Part shown: positions 17,871-27,263 of the stretch, piece by piece
How positions within the stretch are numbered: position 1 is the first letter of the stretch
Layout of the letters: each line of letters opens with the position of its first letter
Assembly: GCA_035526025.1 (NCBI GenBank)
Contig: DATLDE010000011.1
Span: 49,374 to 113,373, forward strand
DNA: 64,000 bases
DNA from: Candidatus Limnocylindrales bacterium
Lineage (GTDB): Bacteria; Patescibacteriota; Microgenomatia; Levybacterales; UBA12049
Direction of reading: 5' to 3'
Program-made: the position numbers and the translations under genes
Notes under the pieces: generated by a model
What the model saw: only the letters and a program-made list of their open reading frames with translations
Database searches by the model: none
Told to the model about the DNA's origin: nothing

Positions 17871-18767
17871 ATGATGCAAGCCGAAAGAAGACCGAGCCGA
17901 TATGAGTTTGGTGATCTAAATAGAAGTCTTTTAAAGGATCTTCGCATTGTCCATTTGCCAGAAACCACCAGCACAATGGATTTAGTTGATGGATTAGCCA
18001 GATCATGGGCAAAAACAAAACGCGAATTCATACCCCCAGTTGTAATAATTGCGGATCATCAAACTGCAGGAATCGGCAGAGGAGATTTGGGAGAAGAAAA
18101 AAAGTGGCATGACATACCCGAGCTATCTATGCTTTTTAGCATTTTTATTCCAAAAGACAGAATAGAAGAAGAAAATCTACCCGAGTTATCAGATTTGGTT
18201 GCATTAAGAACATGCATGGCACTTAGAAAAGCAGGAGGAAATTTTCTTATAAAAGCCCCCAATGACATTGTTGACGCAGATACTGGTAAAAAGGTTAGCG
18301 GACTTCTTGTTAGATCGATTTATTCAGATGAAGGAGAATATTTGGGAGCAAATGTTGGAGTAGGTACAAATGTTCATTATAGAGATAATCAATTAGCTAA
18401 TTTTCCTGTGGAACCTGAATATGGAGCAATCTCAGTAGATAGCGCAACTGGTCAATTCAATAGTAGACAAGATTTATTGGTTGATATCTTAACTGGTATT
18501 TCCACAGTTGTTCCGGAAGCCGCCACTATCAATAAGGGAAGTGTTCATAACCCAACATCTGTTCATGCTATACAAAATGCCGAATGGAGAAGGCATTCAT
18601 ATTTACTAAATGAAAGGGTAGTAGTTAGAGAAGGTGAACAAGTCGTAGCCGAGGGAACAGTTGTTGACACAGAAATTGGTAACGGATTTATATTGAGATC
18701 AAATGATGGAATTGAGCATGCGGTACCGGTTTTTGGAACAGATACGAAGGTGAGGTTAGCTTCATGA
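17871..18767 (+). CDS. biotin--protein ligase (BirA-like; BPL catalytic domain + BPL_C-like C-terminus), paralog 1
   Basis: TSTMDLV...VVIIADHQTAGIGRGDLGEEKKWHD is a divergent BirA GRGRxGRxW block. The C-terminus VVVREGEQVVAEGTVVDTEIGNGFILRSNDGIEHAVPVFGTD is SH3-like as in BirA. Confidence 0.6.
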   Translation: MMQAERRPSRYEFGDLNRSLLKDLRIVHLPETTSTMDLVDGLARSWAKTKREFIPPVVIIADHQTAGIGRGDLGEEKKWHDIPELSMLFSIFIPKDRIEEENLPELSDLVALRTCMALRKAGGNFLIKAPNDIVDADTGKKVSGLLVRSIYSDEGEYLGANVGVGTNVHYRDNQLANFPVEPEYGAISVDSATGQFNSRQDLLVDILTGISTVVPEAATINKGSVHNPTSVHAIQNAEWRRHSYLLNERVVVREGEQVVAEGTVVDTEIGNGFILRSNDGIEHAVPVFGTDTKVRLAS

Positions 18768-19186
18768 TTGGTGAAGGATTTAGGAGATTACCCAGACCCG
18801 AAGGAGATGGCCATCCAACTAGAGAAGTACGGGGAAATGTTACTAGAAGTATCGAGCGTTTAAGGCCAGATTCCATAGCAGTTGAGTTAGTGCCACCTCA
18901 TGAGCTTATGCCATTTATTCTTCCTCCAAGTGCCGAAGGGGTAGTGCAAGCAATAGCGGCATTCGCAATCAGTGGAGAAACCCGTACTGCAGTTTGCGAA
19001 TTTGAAGATCGCAGAAACGATACGGTAACAAGAATTACTCTTGAAAATCCAACTGGTGATCCTTTCAACATGAGAATTACCCTTTCCAGTCCAGACAGAG
19101 AAGAAGGAGAAAAAGTACCACCCGGTATTGGCATTAAGGTTGTTGATAAAGAAGGAGCAACTCAAAAAGAGTTAGATAAAAAGTAA
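18764..19186 (+). CDS. hypothetical protein
   Basis: 140-aa ORF overlapping the ligase stop. No recognisable motif. Confidence 0.35.
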   Translation: MIGEGFRRLPRPEGDGHPTREVRGNVTRSIERLRPDSIAVELVPPHELMPFILPPSAEGVVQAIAAFAISGETRTAVCEFEDRRNDTVTRITLENPTGDPFNMRITLSSPDREEGEKVPPGIGIKVVDKEGATQKELDKK

Positions 19187-19263
19187 GACTTTGGAGACGG
19201 CTGAATCCTCGAGAAGATCCTCTTATTCAAGTTGGACAGACAGTTGAGCCTGGAGCTACTCTT

Positions 19264-19446
19264 ATGCTTGCAACAAGAGGCAAAAGTATCAAAAGAAGAA
19301 TAAAACTTCCAAGAGATAAATTTCCCAAGGGAGGTAAAGTTACTGCTATTTACGTTGACCCAGAGGACAACAATGAAGAACTCCGAAAAAAGGGTAAATT
19401 AGTTAATGGTGAATTTGTTCTTGCAGTTATAGATCCAGTTAAATAG
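19264..19446 (+). CDS. small ORF of uncertain status (possible fragment)
   Basis: 60-aa ORF. The frame is open about 78 nt upstream of the ATG without another start codon. KGGKVTAIYVD is KOW/hybrid-barrel-like. Confidence 0.25.
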   Translation: MLATRGKSIKRRIKLPRDKFPKGGKVTAIYVDPEDNNEELRKKGKLVNGEFVLAVIDPVK

Positions 19447-19449
19447 CCT

Positions 19450-22400
19450 ATGCCTGTATCCGTTAAAGAAAGATCAAGAACTCCAGAAGAAGGTGTCCGT
19501 CCGATTCGTAAAATGTTTATTGCAAACCGCGGTGAAATTGCTGTGCGTGCTGCAAAGGCATGTGAGAGAAGAGGGATTGCTGCTGTAATCCCATATTCTG
19601 ATCTTGAGTCCGAAAGAAATTCTTACGCAACTCGTTTTGTGGATAAGAACGCTAACAAAGGCTGGGAATTAGCAGCTATAGAGGGATATAGTGGCGACGA
19701 AACGTATGGAGATCCTAACGCAATACTACAAGAAGCAATTATACATAATTGTGACGCTATTTTTCTTGGATATGGATTTTTAGCAGAAAACGCTGATTTT
19801 GTTAAGCAAGTTGAGGATCATAATGAGGCAAGAAGAAGCCGAGGGGATGAACCTATTCGTTTACTTGCTCCTGATTCACGTGCCATGAGGCTTTTGGGAA
19901 ATAAAGCAAATGCTCGGGAGTTTGTAAACACTGTTAAAGTTGGCCTTGGAAGAAACAGAAGAACAGTGCCCATTGTTGAAGGATCTGATAAGCCTCGAAC
20001 CCAAATTGAAGAACTAATAAGGGATGTTGAGGGGGACGGAAAGAGCAAAGAAGGTATTGGATATCCTGTTATGGTAAAAGCTCCTGATGGAGGTGGTGGA
20101 ATGGGTAATATTGTAGCACGTACTCATGCTGAGCTTGATGCAGCATATAGGGATCTTCGCGGAACAGGAGAAGATCAAGGATTAATTGTTGAGCACTATA
20201 TAGAAAACGCAATTCATGTTGAGATGCAAGTTATTGCTGATCAACACGGTAACGTTGTGATTTTGGGTGAGCGTGATTGCACTCTTCAGAGAAGAAGTCA
20301 AAAACTGGTTGAAGAGTCCCCATCTCCACATATAAATGAACGGCAAAGGAAGAAAATAACTGAAGAATCTGCTGCAATTGTAAAAAAAGCAAAATATTCA
20401 GGACCGGTAACAATTGAAATGATCTTTGATAAAGACAGAGTTGATGAAGACGGGGATATGTGGCATGGTTTCATGGAAGCAAATACACGCTTGCAGGTAG
20501 AGCATGTTGTAACTGAAATTCAGACAGGAATAGATATTGTTGACACAATGATAGATGTTGCAGAAGGTCGTGAGTTAAAATTTAAACAAAAAGACATTAA
20601 GCCTCAAGGACATACTATGGAGCTTCGTGTTTACGCAGAAGATCCTGACCGTAATTTTGAACAACAAGAAGGAATTTTAAATGTATTAAGTCTTCCTGAA
20701 GATGTGGAGGGAGTAAGGATTGATAAAGGATATGAAGAAGGTGATGAAGTATCAGTAGAATACGACGGAACGATATTTAAAATAAATATACATGGCGTAA
20801 CAAGAGCTGACATGCTTGAGCGGACAAGTCAAGTAATTGCAATGTGTGAAATTGCTGGAGTTAAAAATAATCTTGCCTTTCTTGATGAGCTTATTAATAC
20901 ACCAGAATTTCAACGAGGAACAGTGAAAACGAAATTTGTCGAGGAATGGGTAGACCGTAGGCGAAAAGAGGCAAGAGACCAAATAATGAATGAGTTATTG
21001 GGCGAAAATGGAACATTTACTCCATTTCCCCCATCAAAACTTCGTGATAATTTTCCTGTAAATCCAACTTTTAAAACTTCTAACTCTGCTGAATCCACAA
21101 CGCTAGAGGAAAGCCTTGCGCGACAGAAAGAAAAAACAGGATTAGAAAGAGCGTCAGAATATGGAATTGTTGAAAGAGATGGAGTTAGGTACGTATTATA
21201 TCTATTAAATTCCAAATTTAATGCAGGAACATTTGGAAAAGAAGAAGGGTGGATGTTGACCGATGCAATTAAACTTGCACATAAGTACAATCTCCCATTA
21301 ATAACAGATACTTCAACAGCGGGTGTCAGAAACACTGAAGGATCATACGGAATAGATATGATGATGAACTCTACCAGCGATCTAAGTGAATATCCTCCAC
21401 TTTTTCATATTGACATACGGCATGGATACGTATTGGGTGGAGTTCCAGCCTCATATTCTGGAAGAGCCAATTTGTTTATGGCGGTTAATGATGACGCTAC
21501 CAAAATAGGAATAACTGGAGCAAATGCATTGGCTGCTGGAGAGGATTTGCATCCTACTGACTTAGAAGGTAAGTCAAGCACAAAAGCTGCTGACGCATAT
21601 AGAGCATTGAATGAAAACCAAGAAGACGAAGGCGCTCCAGTGCATACTCCCACCCGTCATCACGAGGAAAGAACTGGTGCTGATATGCTGCCAGCAAGTT
21701 TAACAGAAGCTGGGGCAAAGATTAGCCATATATTACAAATTCTAAAATTCACTCATCCCCACATCAGATCAGATCTAGATACACATGTCTTTAGTCCACA
21801 TGAGCAAATAGGATACGGACATATGCCTCACGCTGTTACTCTTTACGATTCAGGTGAACAACGACCCGGTTTTGTGCCCCCAACAATCAGCCGATTATGG
21901 GAAAGGTTTGCGAGTAATAGAGGAAAAGAAAAAATTATTTTTGCACCTGAAACTCCAGAAATCACAATCGGAGAGAGAAGAAGAATAGTAAAGCACCCCG
22001 ATAGACCTACAGGTCTTGACCTTGTTGATACTGGTTCCGAACTTTTTGATGATGCTGTATTTCTTGATCATGTAACTTTTGTCGATAATGTACACCAAGT
22101 TCTTCCCATTACCTCGGCCTTAGTTCGCTTTGGTGATCACCCAATTTTAGTGGTTACTCAAAATCGTCAAGAGAGAATCAATGACGCTGGAGAAAGAGAA
22201 ATATATTACAAACCAATTCGTCCTACTGATTGGGAAGCCACAAAACGTCATCTTCAATGGGCAGAAAATGTAGGTATCACAGTTATGCTAATGGGCGACA
22301 CTTCAGGAGCAGATTCAAGTAGGCAGGCTGAAGACCGGGGACAAGAAATTAAGCTCGCCGAAATATCGCAATTTGTTCAACAGCTAAAAGTGCCAGTAAT

Positions 22401-22875
22401 TACTAATCAATCTGGACTAGGGGGAAGTGGTAGTGTTCTTCCCTTTAGTTGGTATGGAGATTATGCAGCCATGTGGGAGAATGCCACAAGGTGGCCAGCC
22501 GATGCCCCAGCAATGAGAAGCTTTATTGAAGGAGTCTCTCTTCTTAAAGAATCAGACGCAACAGCAGAGGAGATAGCAGCACTTGATTTATTTGCAGCTC
22601 AATTTATCGATGTTACTGCTGAAGCGCATCTAGCAAAAGGTAGGATTGATAAAATACTTCTAGAAGGACCCGGAGGTGCGCATATAAACCCAAGAATAAT
22701 TGTTGATAGTAACAGGGAGATGTTGAGAGACGTGTTACCAAAATTACGACAAAGATATCTTGACGGCACTTTACTTGAAGAAAGAAGGAGAAGAAAAGAG
22801 CATGTTGCATTGATTGGCTCCAGACCAAATCCAGACTATGCAGCACAAGTTGCTGAATTAGAAGAAAGACTTTAA
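19450..22875 (+). CDS. biotin carboxylase - carboxyltransferase fusion protein (acyl-CoA carboxylase-like BC + PccB/AccD-like CT), no BCCP domain
   Basis: BC motifs MFIANRGEIAVRAAKACERRGI, GYPVMVKAPDGGGGMGNIVA, ERDCTLQRRSQKLVEESPSP, FMEANTRLQVEHVVTE. First CT subdomain PLITDTSTAGVRNTEG...GGVPASYSG. Second CT subdomain VPVITNQSGLGGSGSV. No (A/V)MKM biotinyl motif anywhere in the 1141 aa. Confidence 0.7.
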   Translation: MPVSVKERSRTPEEGVRPIRKMFIANRGEIAVRAAKACERRGIAAVIPYSDLESERNSYATRFVDKNANKGWELAAIEGYSGDETYGDPNAILQEAIIHNCDAIFLGYGFLAENADFVKQVEDHNEARRSRGDEPIRLLAPDSRAMRLLGNKANAREFVNTVKVGLGRNRRTVPIVEGSDKPRTQIEELIRDVEGDGKSKEGIGYPVMVKAPDGGGGMGNIVARTHAELDAAYRDLRGTGEDQGLIVEHYIENAIHVEMQVIADQHGNVVILGERDCTLQRRSQKLVEESPSPHINERQRKKITEESAAIVKKAKYSGPVTIEMIFDKDRVDEDGDMWHGFMEANTRLQVEHVVTEIQTGIDIVDTMIDVAEGRELKFKQKDIKPQGHTMELRVYAEDPDRNFEQQEGILNVLSLPEDVEGVRIDKGYEEGDEVSVEYDGTIFKINIHGVTRADMLERTSQVIAMCEIAGVKNNLAFLDELINTPEFQRGTVKTKFVEEWVDRRRKEARDQIMNELLGENGTFTPFPPSKLRDNFPVNPTFKTSNSAESTTLEESLARQKEKTGLERASEYGIVERDGVRYVLYLLNSKFNAGTFGKEEGWMLTDAIKLAHKYNLPLITDTSTAGVRNTEGSYGIDMMMNSTSDLSEYPPLFHIDIRHGYVLGGVPASYSGRANLFMAVNDDATKIGITGANALAAGEDLHPTDLEGKSSTKAADAYRALNENQEDEGAPVHTPTRHHEERTGADMLPASLTEAGAKISHILQILKFTHPHIRSDLDTHVFSPHEQIGYGHMPHAVTLYDSGEQRPGFVPPTISRLWERFASNRGKEKIIFAPETPEITIGERRRIVKHPDRPTGLDLVDTGSELFDDAVFLDHVTFVDNVHQVLPITSALVRFGDHPILVVTQNRQERINDAGEREIYYKPIRPTDWEATKRHLQWAENVGITVMLMGDTSGADSSRQAEDRGQEIKLAEISQFVQQLKVPVITNQSGLGGSGSVLPFSWYGDYAAMWENATRWPADAPAMRSFIEGVSLLKESDATAEEIAALDLFAAQFIDVTAEAHLAKGRIDKILLEGPGGAHINPRIIVDSNREMLRDVLPKLRQRYLDGTLLEERRRRKEHVALIGSRPNPDYAAQVAELEERL

Positions 22876-22877
22876 AT

Positions 22878-23726
22878 ATGAAAACAGAAGCTGCAATTAG
22901 TGTTCGACCTTATACCGAATATGATCAGAATAGAGTCAGATCTGCAGTGGGAGCATTGGGATACGATTTTCAATACCGTCAGATCACTGGAACCACCATG
23001 GATGATGCTCTGTCTTCGGAAAGACCTACTGTTTGGGTTGCTGATAGTCAAAGAAATGGCCGAGGAAGAACAGGAAATAGATGGGAAGACACATCAAAAG
23101 CAAATGTTCTGGTAACAGTTGCCGTCGACCGGATAAAACTTTCAAATCCTTTACTGCTTCCTCAGCTTGGTGCATTGGCTGCCTGCAGGGCTGCCAGAAC
23201 AGTTACAAAAAGTGATGCTCCTCAGATACGTTGGCCCTATGACCTAGAAATTGATGGTAAAAAGTTCGGGGGAGTATTGGTCGAACAAAAGGTTTCTGCA
23301 ACCGGAAAACCGTTAACCTTAATTGGCGTTGGAATGGATGTACATGATCAGTCTTTTCCTCAATTTCCTTGGGAAGCAGTAGCTCTTGAACAAGTACAAG
23401 GCATTGAATCAATAGATAGGAACGCACTATTAATTGAATTTACAAAAGAGTTAACTAGCCTGCTAGATATAATCGATATTGTTGATACTGATCCGCAAGC
23501 ATACGCAACATGGAACAACATTTGGATAGCTCATCAAAGCTTAGGAGGAAAACATGTTATAGCAGAGAATATCGGTCCAGATAAATTTGGGGACGTGGAG
23601 GGAATTGCAAGGGTACCTATGCTAGGAAGAGGGCTTGATTTAGTCACAACAGGTTTCGATGGATTGGAAAAAACTGTTACGGTTTCAAGCTGGAATCCCC
23701 TCTCTTTAATTAGAAACTTGGAATAA
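22878..23726 (+). CDS. biotin--protein ligase (BirA-like), paralog 2
   Basis: QRNGRGRTGNRWEDTSKANVLVTVAV matches the BirA signature GRGRxGRxW..G.xL. It has a C-terminal SH3-like domain. Its start lies 3 nt after the BC-CT stop. Confidence 0.65.
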   Translation: MKTEAAISVRPYTEYDQNRVRSAVGALGYDFQYRQITGTTMDDALSSERPTVWVADSQRNGRGRTGNRWEDTSKANVLVTVAVDRIKLSNPLLLPQLGALAACRAARTVTKSDAPQIRWPYDLEIDGKKFGGVLVEQKVSATGKPLTLIGVGMDVHDQSFPQFPWEAVALEQVQGIESIDRNALLIEFTKELTSLLDIIDIVDTDPQAYATWNNIWIAHQSLGGKHVIAENIGPDKFGDVEGIARVPMLGRGLDLVTTGFDGLEKTVTVSSWNPLSLIRNLE

Positions 23727-23730
23727 AAAT

Positions 23731-24360
23731 ATGCCAGTTGAACAAGCAAGGAACGTTTTCGTACTCGACATCGGTCAAGTCCTTGCCGACGGTGGACGGG
23801 AATATTTCACAAGAAGAAAAGGACAATTTAGTTTTAGAGATAGAGCCTCTCTTGCTATTGTTTATGATGATTTTGTTCCCCTACCAGGTTCGATAGAGGG
23901 AGTAGGTGCGCTTTCCAAAGTTGCTACATTTGGCGGATATTATACGGTAAGACCTCCAGAGTTAAAACAACAAGGAACCAACTGGTTGACCCGTTATAAT
24001 TTCCCTGATGCAGAAAATATCCATACCTGTGTAAATCACGAAGATAAAGTAAGACAAATTATCAATGATTTACTCTTGAATGAAGATGGCCAAAATAACA
24101 GAAGCGTTGTACTGATTGATGATAACTTGGACCCTTTACTATCCGCAGCTGAAAAACTGGTAGACCAAGACCCCCCCCTCAAGCAAGCAACTGAAAAATT
24201 AATTCTTGTAGGATTTGGAAAAAAACATCAAGATATGCCTCAAGGAGGAGTACATCTTGCAACAGGCATTAGAACATTCTCGCTTTCTTCCTGGGAAAAC
24301 CAGAATAGAGATGATCTTATTGGAGACTTGCAAATGTTATATCAGAGCCATTCAGGTTGA
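23731..24360 (+). CDS. hypothetical protein (degenerate HAD-like motifs)
   Basis: VFVLDIGQVL and VVLIDDNLDPL resemble HAD motifs I and IV, but motif I lacks the second Asp. Confidence 0.35.
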   Translation: MPVEQARNVFVLDIGQVLADGGREYFTRRKGQFSFRDRASLAIVYDDFVPLPGSIEGVGALSKVATFGGYYTVRPPELKQQGTNWLTRYNFPDAENIHTCVNHEDKVRQIINDLLLNEDGQNNRSVVLIDDNLDPLLSAAEKLVDQDPPLKQATEKLILVGFGKKHQDMPQGGVHLATGIRTFSLSSWENQNRDDLIGDLQMLYQSHSG

Positions 24361-24418
24361 TATGGCAATAAATTTACATTTGCAGTAATAATTAAGACTA
24401 TGTTATAATGCAAATCTT

Positions 24419-24781
24419 ATGGGAGCTCCACAAGAAAGAAATTGCGAAGCGCTGATTACTTACACTACGGTTAGGAGAGGTCAAGCAAGGTATGAAATTC
24501 TTAAACCACCTGAGGGCATGGAATTAAATTCTACAGGAATGGTTGCGAACAGAGAAGTAATTAGTGGCATAGAAGAGGTTTGCATAAATTGTGGGAGATG
24601 TGGAATTGATAATGTAAAGCGCAGGTCATCAGATAATAAACATCCATGGTCTGCTGCTGTTGGCGCAGAAAGACTAGCGGCCCAAGTACTTGAAGACCAA
24701 TGTCAGCCTTTTCAACCCCTGAAGGAATTGGGATTAAAGCCAAATAAAGATTTCCATCCAATGCTTACTCATATAAAATAG
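24419..24781 (+). CDS. hypothetical protein with CxxCxxC cluster
   Basis: 120 aa. CINCGRCG. Confidence 0.3.
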   Translation: MGAPQERNCEALITYTTVRRGQARYEILKPPEGMELNSTGMVANREVISGIEEVCINCGRCGIDNVKRRSSDNKHPWSAAVGAERLAAQVLEDQCQPFQPLKELGLKPNKDFHPMLTHIK

Positions 24782-24834
24782 GCCTACCGCGCGGTTATTT
24801 GAAGTCTTAGGGTTTGACATTTTATATTAAAAAT

Positions 24835-25548
24835 TTAATTTGTGGGCATTATCAAATCTCTTTCCATATCTATATTATCCAATAACAAATTCAACTCCAA
24901 TAATCTTACTCTACTTTCTTCAACTTCTTTAGGAGTCCTACTTCTTAATGGACCCAATATGAGTTCATCCCAGTGCTTGTATATGGCTGCATTTATTTGA
25001 GCGTTGATTAATTCGTCATCTAAAAATCCCGCAGCTGATCTTGGATCCTCATCTGAATCATTGGATCCAACAACTAACGGACGTGGTTCATCGGTAGCAG
25101 CCATTACTAAATCAGTACTTGGTCTCTCAGGATATTCAATATCATAATCTCTTTCGTAATCTTGCGCTCCTTCCGGCAAAAAAAGTGTTTTTTGTTTCCC
25201 GTCGCCAAACCAAATAAATCTCTTGCCTGCACCACCTCTGATATATTTATCGTCTACAAATGGGTCAGGAATTACAGGGGTAAAAACAATGTGCCCGTCA
25301 TATAAGCTTGGCCCCACAGGCTCATTGCAAACTGCAGATACGACAACCCCCCCCTCAGTATTTCTATAAAGAGAGATTCGCTCTTTAGATACGTGCGAAG
25401 GAATTGCGAGTCCGTTCGGATCTATTACAAAAGTGAATCCGCTCCGCTTTGCAAGCCTGCTTAAACGAGTTGTTGTTTGTTTTGCAAGTTCTTGTTCCGG
25501 AATTGGTACAGCAGCTTCATGTCTTTGCATGGGGCGATTATAGCACAA
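24835..25548 (-). CDS. hypothetical protein
   Basis: 237-aa ORF. Acidic. No motif recognised. Confidence 0.4.
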   Translation of the reverse strand: MCYNRPMQRHEAAVPIPEQELAKQTTTRLSRLAKRSGFTFVIDPNGLAIPSHVSKERISLYRNTEGGVVVSAVCNEPVGPSLYDGHIVFTPVIPDPFVDDKYIRGGAGKRFIWFGDGKQKTLFLPEGAQDYERDYDIEYPERPSTDLVMAATDEPRPLVVGSNDSDEDPRSAAGFLDDELINAQINAAIYKHWDELILGPLRSRTPKEVEESRVRLLELNLLLDNIDMERDLIMPTN

Positions 25549-25623
25549 ATTATGCCTATAATTAGTTTCTTACTGCGACCTTTTTATAAAAAGTGTATAA
25601 TCTAAAATAGAGGTAAATTATTT

Positions 25624-25827
25624 ATGGGAGCCAAACAACTAGGAAAAAATGTTAAGAAAGCCAGGGAAAAAGCAGGTTTGACCCAAGAGGAGCTTGCCGA
25701 AAAAATAGGCTTGCATGCTAGTTCTATTTCCCGCATTGAAAGAGGTGCTGCCAACCCTACGCATTCTATTTTGGATAATATCCGTAAACTCTTGAAAATG
25801 GATCCTTCGGAAATATTCCCCAACTAA
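25624..25827 (+). CDS. XRE-family HTH transcriptional regulator
   Basis: KAREKAGLTQEELAEKIGLHASSISRIERG is a canonical Cro/C1-type HTH. Confidence 0.75.
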   Translation: MGAKQLGKNVKKAREKAGLTQEELAEKIGLHASSISRIERGAANPTHSILDNIRKLLKMDPSEIFPN

Positions 25828-25830
25828 TAT

Positions 25831-26148
25831 TTATTCTGTTTTTTCATTTTCTTCGAAAACTTTCTTAGCAAACACCTGCATCAAATCAGCAAGAACGGTA
25901 GCTTGTTCATAAGTTGCGTTGGGATCTGTTTTCTTCAAGCTTTTTAGAGCTGATTTTATCAAAGCTTTGCGGTTTTTACTCTCAGCAGCAAACTGGAAAC
26001 TAGATTTTGGAATTCTCTTAAATACCTCCTTAAATAAACCTTTTTGGCTAATTTCTTTTATATCTTCCCAAGGCAAATCATCAATATTTGAAGTACTCAT
26101 GTTGTGAGTATAAATTTTTTGGAGGTATTTAACAAGAGATGTGATCAA
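25831..26148 (-). CDS. hypothetical protein
   Basis: 105-aa ORF. Confidence 0.35.
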   Translation of the reverse strand: MITSLVKYLQKIYTHNMSTSNIDDLPWEDIKEISQKGLFKEVFKRIPKSSFQFAAESKNRKALIKSALKSLKKTDPNATYEQATVLADLMQVFAKKVFEENEKTE

Positions 26149-26186
26149 CTTCTATTTTCACACTATTATTCGGGCCCGAACGTAAG

Positions 26187-27212
26187 CTATTTATTATCTT
26201 CTTCCCGCAATACTTTTTTTATCTCTTCAATTGTTAAACGTTTTTCAAGTTGCAATTGCCGAATACGCTTGACTACATCAATCGCTGAATGCTCATACAA
26301 TTGGTATCCACTTGGAGTATGATCTTTTGCGTTTAGTAATCCCTCTTTGGTCCAGAAGCGTAATGTGTGAATTGTCTCTCCTGTTTTCTTGGCAAGGCTT
26401 CCTATTTTTAAAAGTTCTTCTTGTGGTTGAGTCTCAAACTCTTTAAATACGGCGTTCTTTTTACTAAGTGCGTTTAGGTATATATCAAGTGATCTTTCAA
26501 CAGAGGTAAAGATAATTGTATAAAAGGGCTGCATGTCTTTTTTATTTTGTGCTGATTCAAATGAGTTAAGATATGCAGTTCTTTCTTCATTTCGTATAAT
26601 ACCCATTGGGTACCCATTCAGCAAAAGAATTAAGTTCATTAATAGTCTAGTTGTACGCCCATTTCCGTCAATAAATGGATGAATACTGACAAACTTCATA
26701 TGAGCATCCGCTGCGATTTTAACAGGATGATCATCTTGTTGTGCCTGAAGCCAACTGATGAAATTGCGCATTTCGATATGTAGAGAATTGGGCATGGGAA
26801 ATTCTGCATTTGAGCCACGAATAAAAACCTCAGTCAACCTGTATTTACCTGCCCAGTTATCGTCAATACCGGTCAAAATAATTTTATGAATGTCCAAGAT
26901 GTCTTTTTCAGTAATAAATTGATGGCTTTTTCGTGTCCGCGCTAACTGATTTATGAAATCAAGCGCTTTTGCGTGATTAATTGCTTCTATTTGATCTTTT
27001 AGAGGTTTACCATTTATAACAGCTGTTATGCCCCTCTCGATCACCTCTGCAGTTTCAATACGTGTTAAGGTGTTGCCTTCAATAGCGTTTGAGGAATATG
27101 TAAGCTCAACTTTTAGCCATTCTTCAATATTCTTTCGTAATTCCGGGGGAATTGGCTGATGAGAGTCCAGCTGCTTTTTTTTCTTAGTTAGCCTTAGAAG
27201 TAGATTATCCAT
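26187..27212 (-). CDS. Fic/DOC family protein fused to a C-terminal MerR-type HTH
   Basis: HPFIDGNGRTTRLLMNLILL is the Fic motif. An AIEGN inhibitory motif is present. The C-terminus LLKIGSLAKKTGETIHTLRFWTKEGLL is MerR-like HTH. Confidence 0.75.
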   Translation of the reverse strand: MDNLLLRLTKKKKQLDSHQPIPPELRKNIEEWLKVELTYSSNAIEGNTLTRIETAEVIERGITAVINGKPLKDQIEAINHAKALDFINQLARTRKSHQFITEKDILDIHKIILTGIDDNWAGKYRLTEVFIRGSNAEFPMPNSLHIEMRNFISWLQAQQDDHPVKIAADAHMKFVSIHPFIDGNGRTTRLLMNLILLLNGYPMGIIRNEERTAYLNSFESAQNKKDMQPFYTIIFTSVERSLDIYLNALSKKNAVFKEFETQPQEELLKIGSLAKKTGETIHTLRFWTKEGLLNAKDHTPSGYQLYEHSAIDVVKRIRQLQLEKRLTIEEIKKVLREEDNK

Positions 27213-27263
27213 TCATAAAGTATAAAGCATCACTTCATGCTTTGTCAAGTGGACAAGTTAAAA

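Noticed and set aside
18764-19186. One-nucleotide discrepancy between my hand count of the stop codon position and the track coordinate
   Set aside because: Probably a transcription slip in my own counting. Flagged because it affects whether the two small ORFs upstream of the BC-CT gene are in the same frame. Not treated as a real frameshift without read-level data.
19264-19446. Interpreting the small ORF as a divergent BCCP/biotinyl domain
   Set aside because: It has no (A/V)MKM or EAMKM biotinylation motif; the only lysine at the putative hairpin is in ATRGKS. The GGKVTAIYVD pattern fits a KOW-like fold equally well. Kept only as a low-confidence finding.
19818-22846. Multiple short antisense track ORFs inside the BC-CT gene (e.g. 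19818..20048, 20910..21335, 21405..21653)
   Set aside because: They lie wholly within a strongly supported 1141-aa gene on the opposite strand and have low-complexity Ser/Pro/Leu-rich translations typical of antisense artefacts.
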